This document shows positions 39,327 to 49,359 of a stretch of 64,000 nucleotides of DNA, piece by piece. The DNA is from Syntrophorhabdaceae bacterium (GTDB lineage Bacteria > Desulfobacterota > Syntrophorhabdia > Syntrophorhabdales > Syntrophorhabdaceae). The stretch spans positions 4,480,001 to 4,544,000 of the forward strand of contig OY762209.1 in NCBI GenBank assembly GCA_963665295.1. The letters run 5' to 3'. Below the pieces are notes generated by a model. That model made no database searches. It saw only the letters and a list, made by a program, of their open reading frames with translations, and was not told the DNA's origin. The position numbers and the translations under genes were made by a program. Numbering within the stretch: the stretch's first letter is position 1; the number at the start of each line of letters is the position of its first letter.

Positions 39327-40343
39327 TCACGGTCCCTTCCCGAAGAAACAGGTGGGATAATGGCACACATCACAATGGAGGCACAATCCGCCGTAAGATA
39401 GTTTTATCATGTCCGTCTCATGCATCCTCTCCCCTGCCATGATCCGCGTGAGGACTATGTCGAGAACGGTATATTTGCTGTGATAGACGCAGGCAGGAGC
39501 GCCGAGTATGTATTTTCCTCTCAGGCGCGCCACAAGGAACATGGCCCCCGGGAATACGGGCGTCCCATAAAAAAGGACTTCCGCCCCCGTCGCTTCGATC
39601 CCTTCCTTTGTTACATCGTCGGGGTCCACGGAAAGTCCCGCGGTAGTAATGACCATATCCGCGCCCGCGTCGAAAAGCTCCTGGATCGCACCGCTGATAA
39701 GAGCGATCTCGTCGGGCACGACCTTCTTTTCCACAAACCCGAGGCCGTAACCGCGGAGCTTGTCTTCAACCACAAAGGAGGCGTCCTGAATCCTGCCGCT
39801 GTATACCTCGCTCCCGGTAATAACGAGACCTACGTTCAGGGTTTTGAAGGGGCTTATCCTGATGACTCCCTTTTCACCTACCCTCTCGACCTTCTTCAGT
39901 TCCTTTTCTTTTATATAGAGGGGGATAATCCGGGCAGCCGCCACAATGTCTCCTGCTCTCACAGGATGCCTGTTGGGGACCGTGCTCACGAGGACGTCCT
40001 TTATCCGGTTTATTTCATAAAGATGCTTGTCATTTACATAGAAAAGGCCATCCACCGTACTGCGCATGCTGACCTTGCCCTCTTTCGGGGGAAGGGGTTC
40101 CATGTTCCCGTCCATGATGGACTGGGCTATCCTCATGCCTGCTTCGTCTTCATGGATGCCTTTTACCTCACCTTCAAAGACATAGAGGTGCCTTTTCCCC
40201 AGGTCAAGAAGTTTCTCCACATCTTCCCGGGCTATGACCTTGCCCCTTTTGAATGCCACATCCTTCTTCTTACCGGGAACAATCTCGGTAATATCATGGG
40301 CCAAAATCATGCCCAACGCCTGTTCTACCTTAACCTTCTTCAA
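39327..40343 (-). CDS. Molybdopterin-binding protein (MoeA-like, Cys-rich C-terminus)
   Basis: LAHDITEI, ITGSEVY.G, GLSVDPDDVT, P.FPGAM, GGLCLHCDVCHYPTCFFG. Confidence 0.9.
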   Translation of the reverse strand: MKKVKVEQALGMILAHDITEIVPGKKKDVAFKRGKVIAREDVEKLLDLGKRHLYVFEGEVKGIHEDEAGMRIAQSIMDGNMEPLPPKEGKVSMRSTVDGLFYVNDKHLYEINRIKDVLVSTVPNRHPVRAGDIVAAARIIPLYIKEKELKKVERVGEKGVIRISPFKTLNVGLVITGSEVYSGRIQDASFVVEDKLRGYGLGFVEKKVVPDEIALISGAIQELFDAGADMVITTAGLSVDPDDVTKEGIEATGAEVLFYGTPVFPGAMFLVARLRGKYILGAPACVYHSKYTVLDIVLTRIMAGERMHETDMIKLSYGGLCLHCDVCHYPTCFFGKGP

Positions 40344-40938
40344 TCTGGCAGCCCCTCCTCTTCAAAGTCTCTATATCCTCGACGGTATCAATATCAAAGA
40401 CGTTTCCTTCGTCTCCATCAATAAATACCACATCTTCCAGGTGTTTTTCTATAACTTCCCTAAGCCCCTTATCGCCTTCCAGGCGGCGCATCTCCTCCAG
40501 ATAGGGTTTTACCTTCATGAAGACCGGATGGCCCTTCCCCCCCTGGTACCTCGGGATCAGTATATCCGGCCCGTCTTCGGCGTAACGGTCGAGGATGGAC
40601 ACCACCTGCTCGTGCTTCACAAAGGGTTTGTCGCCGAGGTGAAAAAACAGGTTGTCCGCCCCTTCGACAAAAGGCAGGACCGCCTTCACGGACGACGACA
40701 TCCCTTCCATGTGGTAGGGGTTATACACCACCTCCACGGAAGTGAGGTCCCGAAGTTCCTCTCTCACCTTTTCGCCCGCCGGGTTCGTGACCACAAACAC
40801 CTTTTCGACCCGATCGACGAGAAAAGGCATGACGGATCGCCTGATTACGGATTGTCCGTCTATTCTGAGAGTGAGTTTATTGGTGCCGAGCCTCCGCGAC
40901 GAGCCGGCGGCAAGGATTACCGCAAATATTCTTTTCAT
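40330..40938 (-). CDS. mocA: MocA/YgfJ-like molybdenum cofactor nucleotidyltransferase
   Basis: LAAGSSRRLG.NKL, GMSSS, LGDKP, GHPV, GDKG.R, DIDT. Confidence 0.8.
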   Translation of the reverse strand: MKRIFAVILAAGSSRRLGTNKLTLRIDGQSVIRRSVMPFLVDRVEKVFVVTNPAGEKVREELRDLTSVEVVYNPYHMEGMSSSVKAVLPFVEGADNLFFHLGDKPFVKHEQVVSILDRYAEDGPDILIPRYQGGKGHPVFMKVKPYLEEMRRLEGDKGLREVIEKHLEDVVFIDGDEGNVFDIDTVEDIETLKRRGCQIEEG

Positions 40939-41101
40939 AAGTTATCACTCTTTAAAAGCCCTTCATTCATCTGTCAACCGCCTTTTCCAGTGGATTCGCG
41001 CGCAATAGACCCACACCGCCGAACGGCCTTTTCTATCGAGGTAGATTTGCCTGGAATTAACCGCAGATTACCAATCCCACCGACTCCCCCCCCCCCGAAG
41101 G

Positions 41102-41323
41102 TCAGCGTCCTGACGCTGCCACGTTCAAATCCACCAACAGGGCGTCCGCATCGATGCCGTGGACCTCCGCCCCCTGTTTCACGTTTCCGAAGAGAGCAGC
41201 CCTGCATCCCGCGCATTCAAAACCATATCGTTCAAACACGGCAACCGCCTCAGGATACCGGTCTACTATCTCTTCAACCGACATGCTTCCGGTGATCACT
41301 TCCCTTCCCCCCACCGACTCCAT
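41102..41323 (-). CDS. DUF1858 domain small protein (CxxC)
   Basis: IT..MSV.EIV..YPE...VF...G..CAGC...HGID...L...LN pattern. Confidence 0.8.
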   Translation of the reverse strand: MESVGGREVITGSMSVEEIVDRYPEAVAVFERYGFECAGCRAALFGNVKQGAEVHGIDADALLVDLNVAASGR

Positions 41324-41325
41324 CT

Positions 41326-41868
41326 TCAAAAGACCTCTGCGGAAAAGATGTAGATATTCGTGTCCTTCCCTTTCCAGGCATCCCTCGAAAGTCCTGCTTT
41401 CAGGCACGTGTATTCGATAAACGTATCCCTGTCCCAATTATTCTCCGTGGCCACCTGAGGAAGGAGGAGGCCCGAATAAAAACCTTTTTCTATGAAGATA
41501 CCGTGGACACCAACCTCTATCTCCTCAATATTATTTATCTTCTTGAGGGGTGACAAAACCGATATCTCTATCTCGATAGCGTCCCACTCTCTCTGGCTCA
41601 CAGGCTCGAACCGGGGGTCGTGAAAGGCCGCCTGGACCGCCATCTCCCGAACTGTCTCGTAAAGGGGTAATACGCCTCTTATGTGACCGATGCAGCCCCT
41701 CAGGTCGTTCCTGCTCTTAAGCGTGACAAAGGCACCCATCTTCTTCTTCAGTATCTCAGGAAGCTCCACAGGGCCCTTCTGCTTGTGGAACAGGATGCCT
41801 TCGATCGCCTCCCTTGCCAGTTTCTTCAGCGTCCCCTTCTCCGCTTCGGAGAGGTTCAAAAGCCTCAT
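41326..41868 (-). CDS. amrA: AmmeMemoRadiSam system protein A (AMMECR1 family)
   Basis: GAFVTL, LRGCIG, DPRF, LLLPQVA.E, C.KAGL. Confidence 0.93.
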   Translation of the reverse strand: MRLLNLSEAEKGTLKKLAREAIEGILFHKQKGPVELPEILKKKMGAFVTLKSRNDLRGCIGHIRGVLPLYETVREMAVQAAFHDPRFEPVSQREWDAIEIEISVLSPLKKINNIEEIEVGVHGIFIEKGFYSGLLLPQVATENNWDRDTFIEYTCLKAGLSRDAWKGKDTNIYIFSAEVF

Positions 41869-42710
41869 TCCTTCGCTCCTTCCGTCCGGCAGAAGACTGC
41901 GGACGTATATCCCACCACATTTCCCCTGTCACCGGAAACATCGCCGGAATTCGCGTATTTCAACACTTTGCACTTTGTAGCTCCTAACGCTTTTGAAACC
42001 ATCATGGTAACGATCATGGGGCCTCTGCCGCAGGCCTCGGAAATTTCCGCGTCAAAATCATCTACCATTCCTTTTATGTCAAATGCTTCCAATCGGTCAA
42101 CGATATGTTTGTCGAGCTTTACCGCATGGGCATACGAGTAGTAATGACTCAAGTCGGTGCTGCCCACCACGAGAACCCGCCTCCCCAGGGCTTTGATTCC
42201 CCGGGAAACGATGCCCGCCAGGTCCTCACAGGTATTTGTTTCCTGGGACCCCATTACTATGGGCACTATCTTGAACCCCTTCAGCACGGTCTGCAGGAAA
42301 GGTATCTGCACCTCAAGAGAGTGTTCCGCGCCGTGGACCCCGACATTCTCAGATGCCGGGCCGCCTTCTCTCATGATCGCCGCCGCGAGGTCCTCGTCGA
42401 TGTCCGTCATGCCGAGGGGGGTCCTGTAACCGCCTTTACTCATTATCGCCGCGCCTTTAAAGTACGCCCTGTGGCTCGGGCCTATAACGACCACCGTATC
42501 GTAAGCTCTCCCTGATATGGCCCGCATTCCATAGCCTGCCACCTGACCGGAATAAACATACCCCGCATGAGGGGAAATGACTCCCACTATGTCCCCCTCT
42601 ATAGCATCGAACGCAGCCTTGCTCACATAACGCCTGATCTCCGCTGCGAGGGCCTTCGGGTCATCCGGATAGAATGCTCCGGCCACCGCCGGTTCTCTTA
42701 TTACACCCAT
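41865..42710 (-). CDS. amrB: AmmeMemoRadiSam system protein B (MEMO1 family)
   Basis: REPAVAGAFYP, PHAGYVYSG, EHSLEVQ, STDLSHY, ACG.GP, SGD. Confidence 0.93.
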   Translation of the reverse strand: MGVIREPAVAGAFYPDDPKALAAEIRRYVSKAAFDAIEGDIVGVISPHAGYVYSGQVAGYGMRAISGRAYDTVVVIGPSHRAYFKGAAIMSKGGYRTPLGMTDIDEDLAAAIMREGGPASENVGVHGAEHSLEVQIPFLQTVLKGFKIVPIVMGSQETNTCEDLAGIVSRGIKALGRRVLVVGSTDLSHYYSYAHAVKLDKHIVDRLEAFDIKGMVDDFDAEISEACGRGPMIVTMMVSKALGATKCKVLKYANSGDVSGDRGNVVGYTSAVFCRTEGAKE

Positions 42711-42814
42711 AGTGCTTTTCACCTCTTCCCCATGCGCACAATTATAGCACATTATCGGTCTTATTTAGAAACAATTCGCGTGGCCCACCCCGGTCCAAGG
42801 CTCCGGAACGAGAG

Positions 42815-43687
42815 CTAAACACCGAGAACGCGGGCTACTGTCTCTCCCACTTCCGCAGGGTTTTGGACCACCGTGATGCCGGCCTCCTCGAGGAATCTTA
42901 TTTTGCCCTCAGCGCCCCCCGTCCCTCCGGAGATGATCGCCCCCGCGTGGCCCATCCGTCTGCCCGGCGGTGCACTGACCCCGGCGACGAAGGCGACTAC
43001 CGGCTTGGTCATGTTCTTCGCATAGTATTCCGCGGCGTCCTCTTCGGCCCGGCCCCCGATTTCACCTATAAGGACCACGGCTTCAGTCCCTCCGTCCCGT
43101 TCAAAAAGACCAAGTATATCGACGAAGTCGAGGCCGCCCACAGGGTCGCCCCCGATTCCCACACAGGTCGACTGGCCTATTCCGTACCGCGTAAGCTGGC
43201 TTACCACCTCGTAGGTCAGGGTACCGCTCCTGGAGACAATCCCCACCTTGCCCTCGGAGTGGATATATCCCGCCATCACACCTACCTTGCATTTTCCGGA
43301 AGAGATTATACCCGGGGTATTGGGACCTACCAGGCGGGTGGCCTTTCCTCTCATATAGAGGCGGACCCCGATCATATCCAGGGTAGGAATTCCTTCAGAG
43401 AGGCAGACCGCCACGTCCACCCCGGATTCGACTGCTTCCATGATGGCGTCGGCGGCATATGGGGGCGGCACGAAGATTGCGGAGGTATCGGCGCCTGTCG
43501 CCCTGACCGCATCTCTCACCGTATTAAAAACAGGGATGCCTTCGAATGATTGCCCCCCTTTTCCCGGGGTGACACCCGCCACAACCCTGGTCCCGTAATC
43601 AACCATCTGTTTCGTGTGGAACGCGCCCTCGCTTCCCGTGATCCCCTGGACCACCACCCGTGTACGATTGTCTATCAGGATACTCAC
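42815..43687 (-). CDS. sucD: Succinyl-CoA synthetase alpha subunit
   Basis: [27 protein letters not shown]. Confidence 0.96.
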   Translation of the reverse strand: MSILIDNRTRVVVQGITGSEGAFHTKQMVDYGTRVVAGVTPGKGGQSFEGIPVFNTVRDAVRATGADTSAIFVPPPYAADAIMEAVESGVDVAVCLSEGIPTLDMIGVRLYMRGKATRLVGPNTPGIISSGKCKVGVMAGYIHSEGKVGIVSRSGTLTYEVVSQLTRYGIGQSTCVGIGGDPVGGLDFVDILGLFERDGGTEAVVLIGEIGGRAEEDAAEYYAKNMTKPVVAFVAGVSAPPGRRMGHAGAIISGGTGGAEGKIRFLEEAGITVVQNPAEVGETVARVLGV

Positions 43688-44877
43688 CGGTCCCTCCCGC
43701 CGGTCCTGTCAGACCCTGCGACGTCAAGGAGTTGCATTATCTTTGCGGCGCCGTCCTTCATATCATAGGCCACATGGAAGGTAAGGCCCGACGCGGCGAG
43801 TATCTTCCGCCCCTCGTCCACATTTGTCCCTTCAAGCCTGATCACCATGGGAACGGGGATCGTGAGATTCCTAGCCGCTTCAACCACCCCGTTGGCGAGG
43901 GTATCACACCGCAGGATGCCGCCGAAAATGTTGATAAAGATAACCCTCACATCCCGGTCGGACAGGAGGATCGTCAAGCCTTGCCGCACCATCTCCGAGG
44001 TTGCGCCTCCTCCCACATCAAGGAAGTTGGCAGGTTGGGCGCCCGCATATTTTATGAGATCCATGGTAGCCATGGCAAGGCCTGCCCCGTTCACCATACA
44101 CCCCACGCTGCCCGAGAGCTTGATATAGTTGAGGTTGTGTTCCCGCGCCTCGACCTCAAGGGGATCTTCCTGGGCCATGTCCCTGAGTCCCGCAATATCG
44201 GGATGCCTGAAGAGTGCATTGTCATCAAAATCTATCTTTCCGTCCACGGCAACCAGCCCCCGTTCATCGGCAAGGACAAGGGGGTTTATCTCGGCGAGGG
44301 AACAGTCTTTATCGATAAAGAGCCGATAGAGACCGAGAATGATGGCGGTCAGGTCACCCTTGTATGAGGGGGCAAGACCCAATGCGTAAAATATCCTTGC
44401 TGCCTGGAACGGCCGTAAGCCCACACCGGGATGCACGTGTTCCATGAGTATCTTCTCCGGGCTTCGGGCGGCAACCTCCTCTATCTCCATCCCCCCTTCC
44501 GGACTCGCAATCACCACCGCGCACCTTCGTGGTCTGTCTATAGCGACGGCAAGATAGAATTCCTTTCCGCCACTTATCACTTCTTCCGCGAGCAGTGTGT
44601 CCACCGGCCTTCCCTCCGGCCCGGTCTGGTGCGTGACCAGCCTGGTTCCCAGGAGACGCGCCGATTCTTCCGCCTCTTTCTCAGAGCGGATCATCTTTAT
44701 ACCGCCCGCCTTGCCCCTGCCGCCCCCGTGTATCTGGGCTTTGAGAACAAAGGGATCTCCTCCCCGCTCTTTTGCATATCGTATCGTTTCTTCGGAGGTC
44801 TTCAGAAACCGGCCGTGCGGCACCGGGATACCGTATGCCTGGAACAGGGCCTTCGCCTGGTACTCATGTATCTTCAT
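43684..44877 (-). CDS. sucC: Succinyl-CoA synthetase beta subunit
   Basis: [37 protein letters not shown]. Confidence 0.97.
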   Translation of the reverse strand: MKIHEYQAKALFQAYGIPVPHGRFLKTSEETIRYAKERGGDPFVLKAQIHGGGRGKAGGIKMIRSEKEAEESARLLGTRLVTHQTGPEGRPVDTLLAEEVISGGKEFYLAVAIDRPRRCAVVIASPEGGMEIEEVAARSPEKILMEHVHPGVGLRPFQAARIFYALGLAPSYKGDLTAIILGLYRLFIDKDCSLAEINPLVLADERGLVAVDGKIDFDDNALFRHPDIAGLRDMAQEDPLEVEAREHNLNYIKLSGSVGCMVNGAGLAMATMDLIKYAGAQPANFLDVGGGATSEMVRQGLTILLSDRDVRVIFINIFGGILRCDTLANGVVEAARNLTIPVPMVIRLEGTNVDEGRKILAASGLTFHVAYDMKDGAAKIMQLLDVAGSDRTGGRDR

Positions 44878-45451
44878 CCGCCCACTCGTTTACGGCCACG
44901 GGCGTCACATCGACCCGGGCACGCCTCGCTGCGGCCATTCCCGCCCGCAGCGCGTCGCGGTTCAATTTCTCGGTTCCCTTGGGCACCCTTGCAAGGAGAG
45001 CTTGCTCCAGAGCCTTCGGAGAAACAATGGTGGTGAGCCTTGATATGGCCCCCAAGGCCACGATGTTCGCCACCATCTCTTTCCCCAGTTTATCCCTGGC
45101 GATCTTCGTGAAAGGTATACGGAAGGCCCTGGGCACGGGAATCTGGGTCACCAGCGTGGAGTCCACAACCAGGAGGCCCTCGGGTTTCAGGTCCATATAA
45201 TACTCGTCGCACGATTTCTGAGTCAGACACAGGAGGAGATCAAGTTTCATGGCCTTCGGGTAGTCGATCTCCACATCACTCACCACCACTTCCGCCTTGC
45301 TCGATCCGCCCCGCGCTTCCGGCCCGTAACTCTGGGTCTGGGCGACATACTTCCCGTCATAAATGCCTACCGCCTCCGCAAGGATGATGCCCATAAGGAT
45401 GAGGCCTTGTCCCCCGGACCCGCTCAGCCTGATATCGTACCGAAAGCTCAT
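44864..45451 (-). CDS. korC: 2-oxoacid:ferredoxin oxidoreductase gamma subunit
   Basis: GSGGQG, QSYGPEARGG. Confidence 0.9.
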   Translation of the reverse strand: MSFRYDIRLSGSGGQGLILMGIILAEAVGIYDGKYVAQTQSYGPEARGGSSKAEVVVSDVEIDYPKAMKLDLLLCLTQKSCDEYYMDLKPEGLLVVDSTLVTQIPVPRAFRIPFTKIARDKLGKEMVANIVALGAISRLTTIVSPKALEQALLARVPKGTEKLNRDALRAGMAAARRARVDVTPVAVNEWADEDT

Positions 45452-45455
45452 TGCC

Positions 45456-46289
45456 TCACTTCTCCAGGCCTTTCGACCTTCTTCTCACCTTTTCGTATTC
45501 ATCCTGGTAGACCGGAAGATCACGGTCAACGAGAACACCTATCCTGAATTTGTCCTTCAATTCCTCCTCCGTCATGCGGCTCGCCTTTTCCACTGTCACG
45601 GCGTGGTCTTTCTGCCACTGCATCATGTCCACGGGAGAACCAAGCTTGTTTATCCTTCCATATTGGGTATGGCAATGGGCCATCACTTCCACTACCGAAA
45701 ATCCAACCTTGAGACATGCCTTCTCGATCAGGTCGTCGAGCAGTCTCGCATGGTAGACGGTTCCCCTGCCCACAAACGCGGCGCCCGCGGTAACGGCAAG
45801 TTCGGATATGTTGAACGCATGCTCAACGTTGGTATAAACGCTGGTGGTCGACTTCATGCCATAGGGCGTGGCAGGCGAGTACTGGCCTCCCGTCATGCCA
45901 TACACGCTGTTGTTGAGGATAATGGCGGTAAGGTCTATGTTCCGCCGTGCCGCATGGATAAAGTGGTTACCCCCGATGGCAACGGCATCGCCATCTCCCA
46001 TTATGACGATTACCTTGAGGTTCGGGTTGGCGAGCTTTACCCCGGTGGCAAAGGTGACGGCCCTCCCGTGGGTCGTATGCAGGGTATTGAAATCTACGTA
46101 AACGGGCAGCCTCCCCGTACACCCTATCCCGGAGACCATGACAATCTCGTCCTTACCGTATCCGGTTCTGTCTATGCCCCGTATCAGGGCGCCGAGCATG
46201 ATGCCGATGCCGCAGCCGGGACACCATACATGGGGGAACTTCTTGTCGTGTCTCAGATATTTATGGATCAGCCTGGTAACTTCCGCCAT
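45456..46289 (-). CDS. korB: 2-oxoacid:ferredoxin oxidoreductase beta subunit
   Basis: WCPGCG, SGIGC, HGRA, GDGD...N..YGMTGGQ TPP-binding motif. Confidence 0.92.
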   Translation of the reverse strand: MAEVTRLIHKYLRHDKKFPHVWCPGCGIGIMLGALIRGIDRTGYGKDEIVMVSGIGCTGRLPVYVDFNTLHTTHGRAVTFATGVKLANPNLKVIVIMGDGDAVAIGGNHFIHAARRNIDLTAIILNNSVYGMTGGQYSPATPYGMKSTTSVYTNVEHAFNISELAVTAGAAFVGRGTVYHARLLDDLIEKACLKVGFSVVEVMAHCHTQYGRINKLGSPVDMMQWQKDHAVTVEKASRMTEEELKDKFRIGVLVDRDLPVYQDEYEKVRRRSKGLEK

Positions 46290-47431
46290 CAGGAGACCTC
46301 CTTGATCCTTGAGAGAATATCCTGGGGGGTTATAATCGTTCCATCGACCCTGTTGACGGTGAACACTTTCGAAGCCCCCCTATTGACCCTTTTGACTTCC
46401 CTCGATATCTGCCCCATGTTCATCTCCGGAACAATGACGACGCTTGACCTCTGGAGAACCTTTTCCACTGCGTCCCTCATGAAGGGCCACAAGGTGGTGA
46501 GTTTGAGGAGTCCGGCTTTGATGCCCTTCTCCCTGGCGTCGATAACCGCCCTTCTCGCGGACCGGGCCACACAGCCATAGGCGATAACCGTCACGTCCGC
46601 ATCATCGGTCAGAAAAAACTCACCCATGCTGATATCACCGTAATTCTGGCTTATCTTTCGGAAAAGACGCCTGATAAAAGGGTCGATCTCATCGGGCCTG
46701 GAAGTGGGGAAACCCCTCACGTCATGGATGAGCCCGGTAACATGATAACGGTATCCCTCGCCAAAATTTGCCATGGCGGGGATGCCCTTGGGAGTGTCTT
46801 CATAGGGTATATACCACTCGGGAGGGACAGTCGGCTTCACCCTGTTGAAAATATGGATGTCCTCTTCGTCATCAAGGGTAATCTTTTCCCTCATGTGGGC
46901 AACCACTTCATCCACCAATATGATCACCGGATTGCGGTACTTCTCCGAGAAATTGAAGGCCTTGATGGTAATATCGTAGCACTCCCTCACCGTTGAAGGG
47001 CAAAGGGCTATGATGGGGTGGTCGCCGTGAGTCCCCCAGCGGGCCTGCATCACGTCACTCTGCGAAGGAGATGTGGGAAGTCCGGTACTGGGCCCTCCCC
47101 GCATGGCGTTTACGATAACGCACGGCACCTCGGCGACGATTGCAAATCCGAGGTTCTCCTGCATGAGCGAAAACCCGGGGCCGCTCGTGGCGGTCATGGA
47201 TTTGACTCCGGCGAGAGACGAGCCTATCACTGCGCCCATGCTTGCTATCTCATCTTCCATCTGGATAAAGGTCCCGTCCACCTGGGGAAGCTTCACCGAA
47301 AGGGCCTCCGAGATCTCTGTTGCGGGGGTGATGGGATATCCCGCAAAAAACCGGCACCCCGCCCTGAGAGCGCCCTCCACTATCGCCTCGTTGCCTTGAA
47401 GAAGAAGTTCTTTCTTACCCTTCTTTTTCAA
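46289..47431 (-). CDS. korA: 2-oxoacid:ferredoxin oxidoreductase alpha subunit
   Basis: GNEA, GYPITP, EDEIAS, TSGPG, RGGPSTGLPT. Confidence 0.92.
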   Translation of the reverse strand: MKKKGKKELLLQGNEAIVEGALRAGCRFFAGYPITPATEISEALSVKLPQVDGTFIQMEDEIASMGAVIGSSLAGVKSMTATSGPGFSLMQENLGFAIVAEVPCVIVNAMRGGPSTGLPTSPSQSDVMQARWGTHGDHPIIALCPSTVRECYDITIKAFNFSEKYRNPVIILVDEVVAHMREKITLDDEEDIHIFNRVKPTVPPEWYIPYEDTPKGIPAMANFGEGYRYHVTGLIHDVRGFPTSRPDEIDPFIRRLFRKISQNYGDISMGEFFLTDDADVTVIAYGCVARSARRAVIDAREKGIKAGLLKLTTLWPFMRDAVEKVLQRSSVVIVPEMNMGQISREVKRVNRGASKVFTVNRVDGTIITPQDILSRIKEVS

Positions 47432-47681
47432 TCTTTCCCCTGCCTTTCCTCTTTCCGCCCTTTTCCTTCTGTTCCACGGTGATCGCGAAATCAGGACACC
47501 TCATCTCGCACCATCCGCAGTTAATGCACTTTTCAGGGTTTTTCACGTAGGGACACCCCGTCTCGTCCATCGCAAGCACGTCGGCGGGGCAGAATGCGGC
47601 GCAGATGCCGCAGCCTTTGCACCACGCTTTGTAAATGTCTATACATGGAGTTTCTTTGGTCTTTCCGCTGGTATCTTCCAT
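47415..47681 (-). CDS. korD: 2[4Fe-4S] ferredoxin (oxidoreductase delta subunit)
   Basis: CKGCGICAAFCP and CINCGWCEMRCP. Confidence 0.9.
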   Translation of the reverse strand: MEDTSGKTKETPCIDIYKAWCKGCGICAAFCPADVLAMDETGCPYVKNPEKCINCGWCEMRCPDFAITVEQKEKGGKRKGRGKIEKEG

Positions 47682-47693
47682 CGACTTAATTAC

Positions 47694-47722
47694 ATGCTAA
47701 GATTATTCCCCATTCTTGTCAA
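47694..47722 (-). promoter_or_regulatory. Putative sigma70 promoter of the kor-suc operon
   Basis: TTGACA-17 nt-TAGCAT on the minus strand, 12 nt before the korD ATG. Confidence 0.6.
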
Positions 47723-47902
47723 TATTCTTTCCGGCACGGGTCGGACAGGAGCAGGGGACTCCAATTGCGTCACTTCATATTTCATGGGAGGAGGCAACCC
47801 GCCTTTTCTCCTTTTTGCCGGGGTTGACCTTGACACAATCCCCCACGGTTCTGTAATATATGCACACCAGCCGACAAGTTATATCTGCAAAGGGGTGTAA
47901 AG

Positions 47903-49063
47903 ATGAAGGAATTGTCTTCCCATCGGGCCATGATGTTCACGGAATCAGTCATCCGTGAAATGACCCGCATCTGCATCAAACACGGGGGCACCAACCTGGC
48001 GCAAGGTTTTCCCGACTTCCAGGCACCGCAAGAGATCAAGGATGCCGCCGCCCGGGCTATCGAGGCCGATTACAACCAGTATTCCATTACCTGGGGCGCA
48101 CCTGTACTCCGGGAGGCCATCGCCCGGAAATTTGCCGGTTACAACGGCGTGGCCGTGGATCCGGAAACGGAGATAACGGTCTGCTGCGGCTCCACCGAGT
48201 CCATGATCTCATCCCTCCTCGCCATCGTTAATCCTGACGAAGAAGTAATCGTATTCGAGCCTTTTTACGAGAATTACGGCCCCGATGCCATACTGAGCGG
48301 GGCAACACCCCGATATGTCACCCTTCACGAGCCCGACTGGCACATCGACGAAAGGGAACTCACAAGGGCCTTCAACAATAACACCAAGGCTATCATCATC
48401 AACACGCCGAACAATCCCACAGGCAAGGTCTTCAGTTTCGACGAACTGAAGTTGATCGCCGACCTCTGCGAGAAGTGGGGGGTCGTGGCCGTAACCGACG
48501 AAATTTATGAACATATTCTCTATGATGAGCTGAAGCATGTCAGTATCGCCTCTCTGCCCGGCATGAGAGAGCGGACCGTAACGATCAATTCCGTTTCAAA
48601 GACGTACAGTCTCACCGGCTGGCGGGTCGGATGGGCTATTGCATCCAGGGAACTCACCGCATCGATCCGCAAGGTCCACGATTTCCTCACGGTGGGGGCC
48701 GCCCATCCGCTTCAGATCGCGGCCGCTGCGGCCCTTGGAATGGCACCTTCCTATTACGAAGAACTGGCCCGGTCCTACCGGGAAAGAAGGGATTTTTTTG
48801 TCGCCGCCCTTGAAGAGTCCGGGTTCCGCGTGCATACACCGGGAGGCGCTTATTATGTCATGACCGAGATAGACCACTTCGGCTTTTCCAATGACGTAGC
48901 CTGCGCGCTTCATCTCGTCGAGCACGCGGGCGTGGCCACCGTGCCGGGAAGCGCTTTCTATAGCCGCCCCGAATTGGGCGGCACAAAGATCCGTTTCTGT
49001 TTTCCCAAAAAGATGGAAACACTGAAGACCGCGGCGGAAAAACTCAAAGCCTTTAACCCTTGA
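47903..49063 (+). CDS. PLP-dependent class I aminotransferase
   Basis: NLAQGFPD, NTPNNPTG, DEIYEH, SKTYSLTGWRVG. Confidence 0.93.
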   Translation: MKELSSHRAMMFTESVIREMTRICIKHGGTNLAQGFPDFQAPQEIKDAAARAIEADYNQYSITWGAPVLREAIARKFAGYNGVAVDPETEITVCCGSTESMISSLLAIVNPDEEVIVFEPFYENYGPDAILSGATPRYVTLHEPDWHIDERELTRAFNNNTKAIIINTPNNPTGKVFSFDELKLIADLCEKWGVVAVTDEIYEHILYDELKHVSIASLPGMRERTVTINSVSKTYSLTGWRVGWAIASRELTASIRKVHDFLTVGAAHPLQIAAAAALGMAPSYYEELARSYRERRDFFVAALEESGFRVHTPGGAYYVMTEIDHFGFSNDVACALHLVEHAGVATVPGSAFYSRPELGGTKIRFCFPKKMETLKTAAEKLKAFNP

Positions 49064-49079
49064 GGAAAAGGAGGATGTC

Positions 49080-49340
49080 ATGAAAAGAAGTATGCTCGTG
49101 TGTGCGGTTTGTGCAGTCTTTTTCTTCCCTGCGCTGAGTATGGCCGATTGCAGCAGCGCAACCCTCGATTGCGAAAACGCGAAAGGGCTTGCCCACAAAT
49201 GTTCGTTGACTTACGGATTTCGCGCGTCCGTGGCCTGTGCGGATAAAGACAAGGCCGCTGAAACCGCCTGTGCTCAAGCGGAGAAAATATGTACAGGCAG
49301 CCAATCCACGACGGCGCCGGCGACAAGGAGAAATCAGTAA
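49080..49340 (+). CDS. Small secreted cysteine-rich protein, 86 aa
   Basis: RBS AAGGAGG; signal peptide ending SMA; six Cys in the mature part. Confidence 0.65.
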   Translation: MKRSMLVCAVCAVFFFPALSMADCSSATLDCENAKGLAHKCSLTYGFRASVACADKDKAAETACAQAEKICTGSQSTTAPATRRNQ

Positions 49341-49359
49341 GGGCCTGTCATATCCTGGA

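Noticed and set aside
41086..41096. C11 homopolymer as a phase-variation tract
   Set aside because: Intergenic, just after a stop codon and outside the predicted mocA promoter; no evident effect
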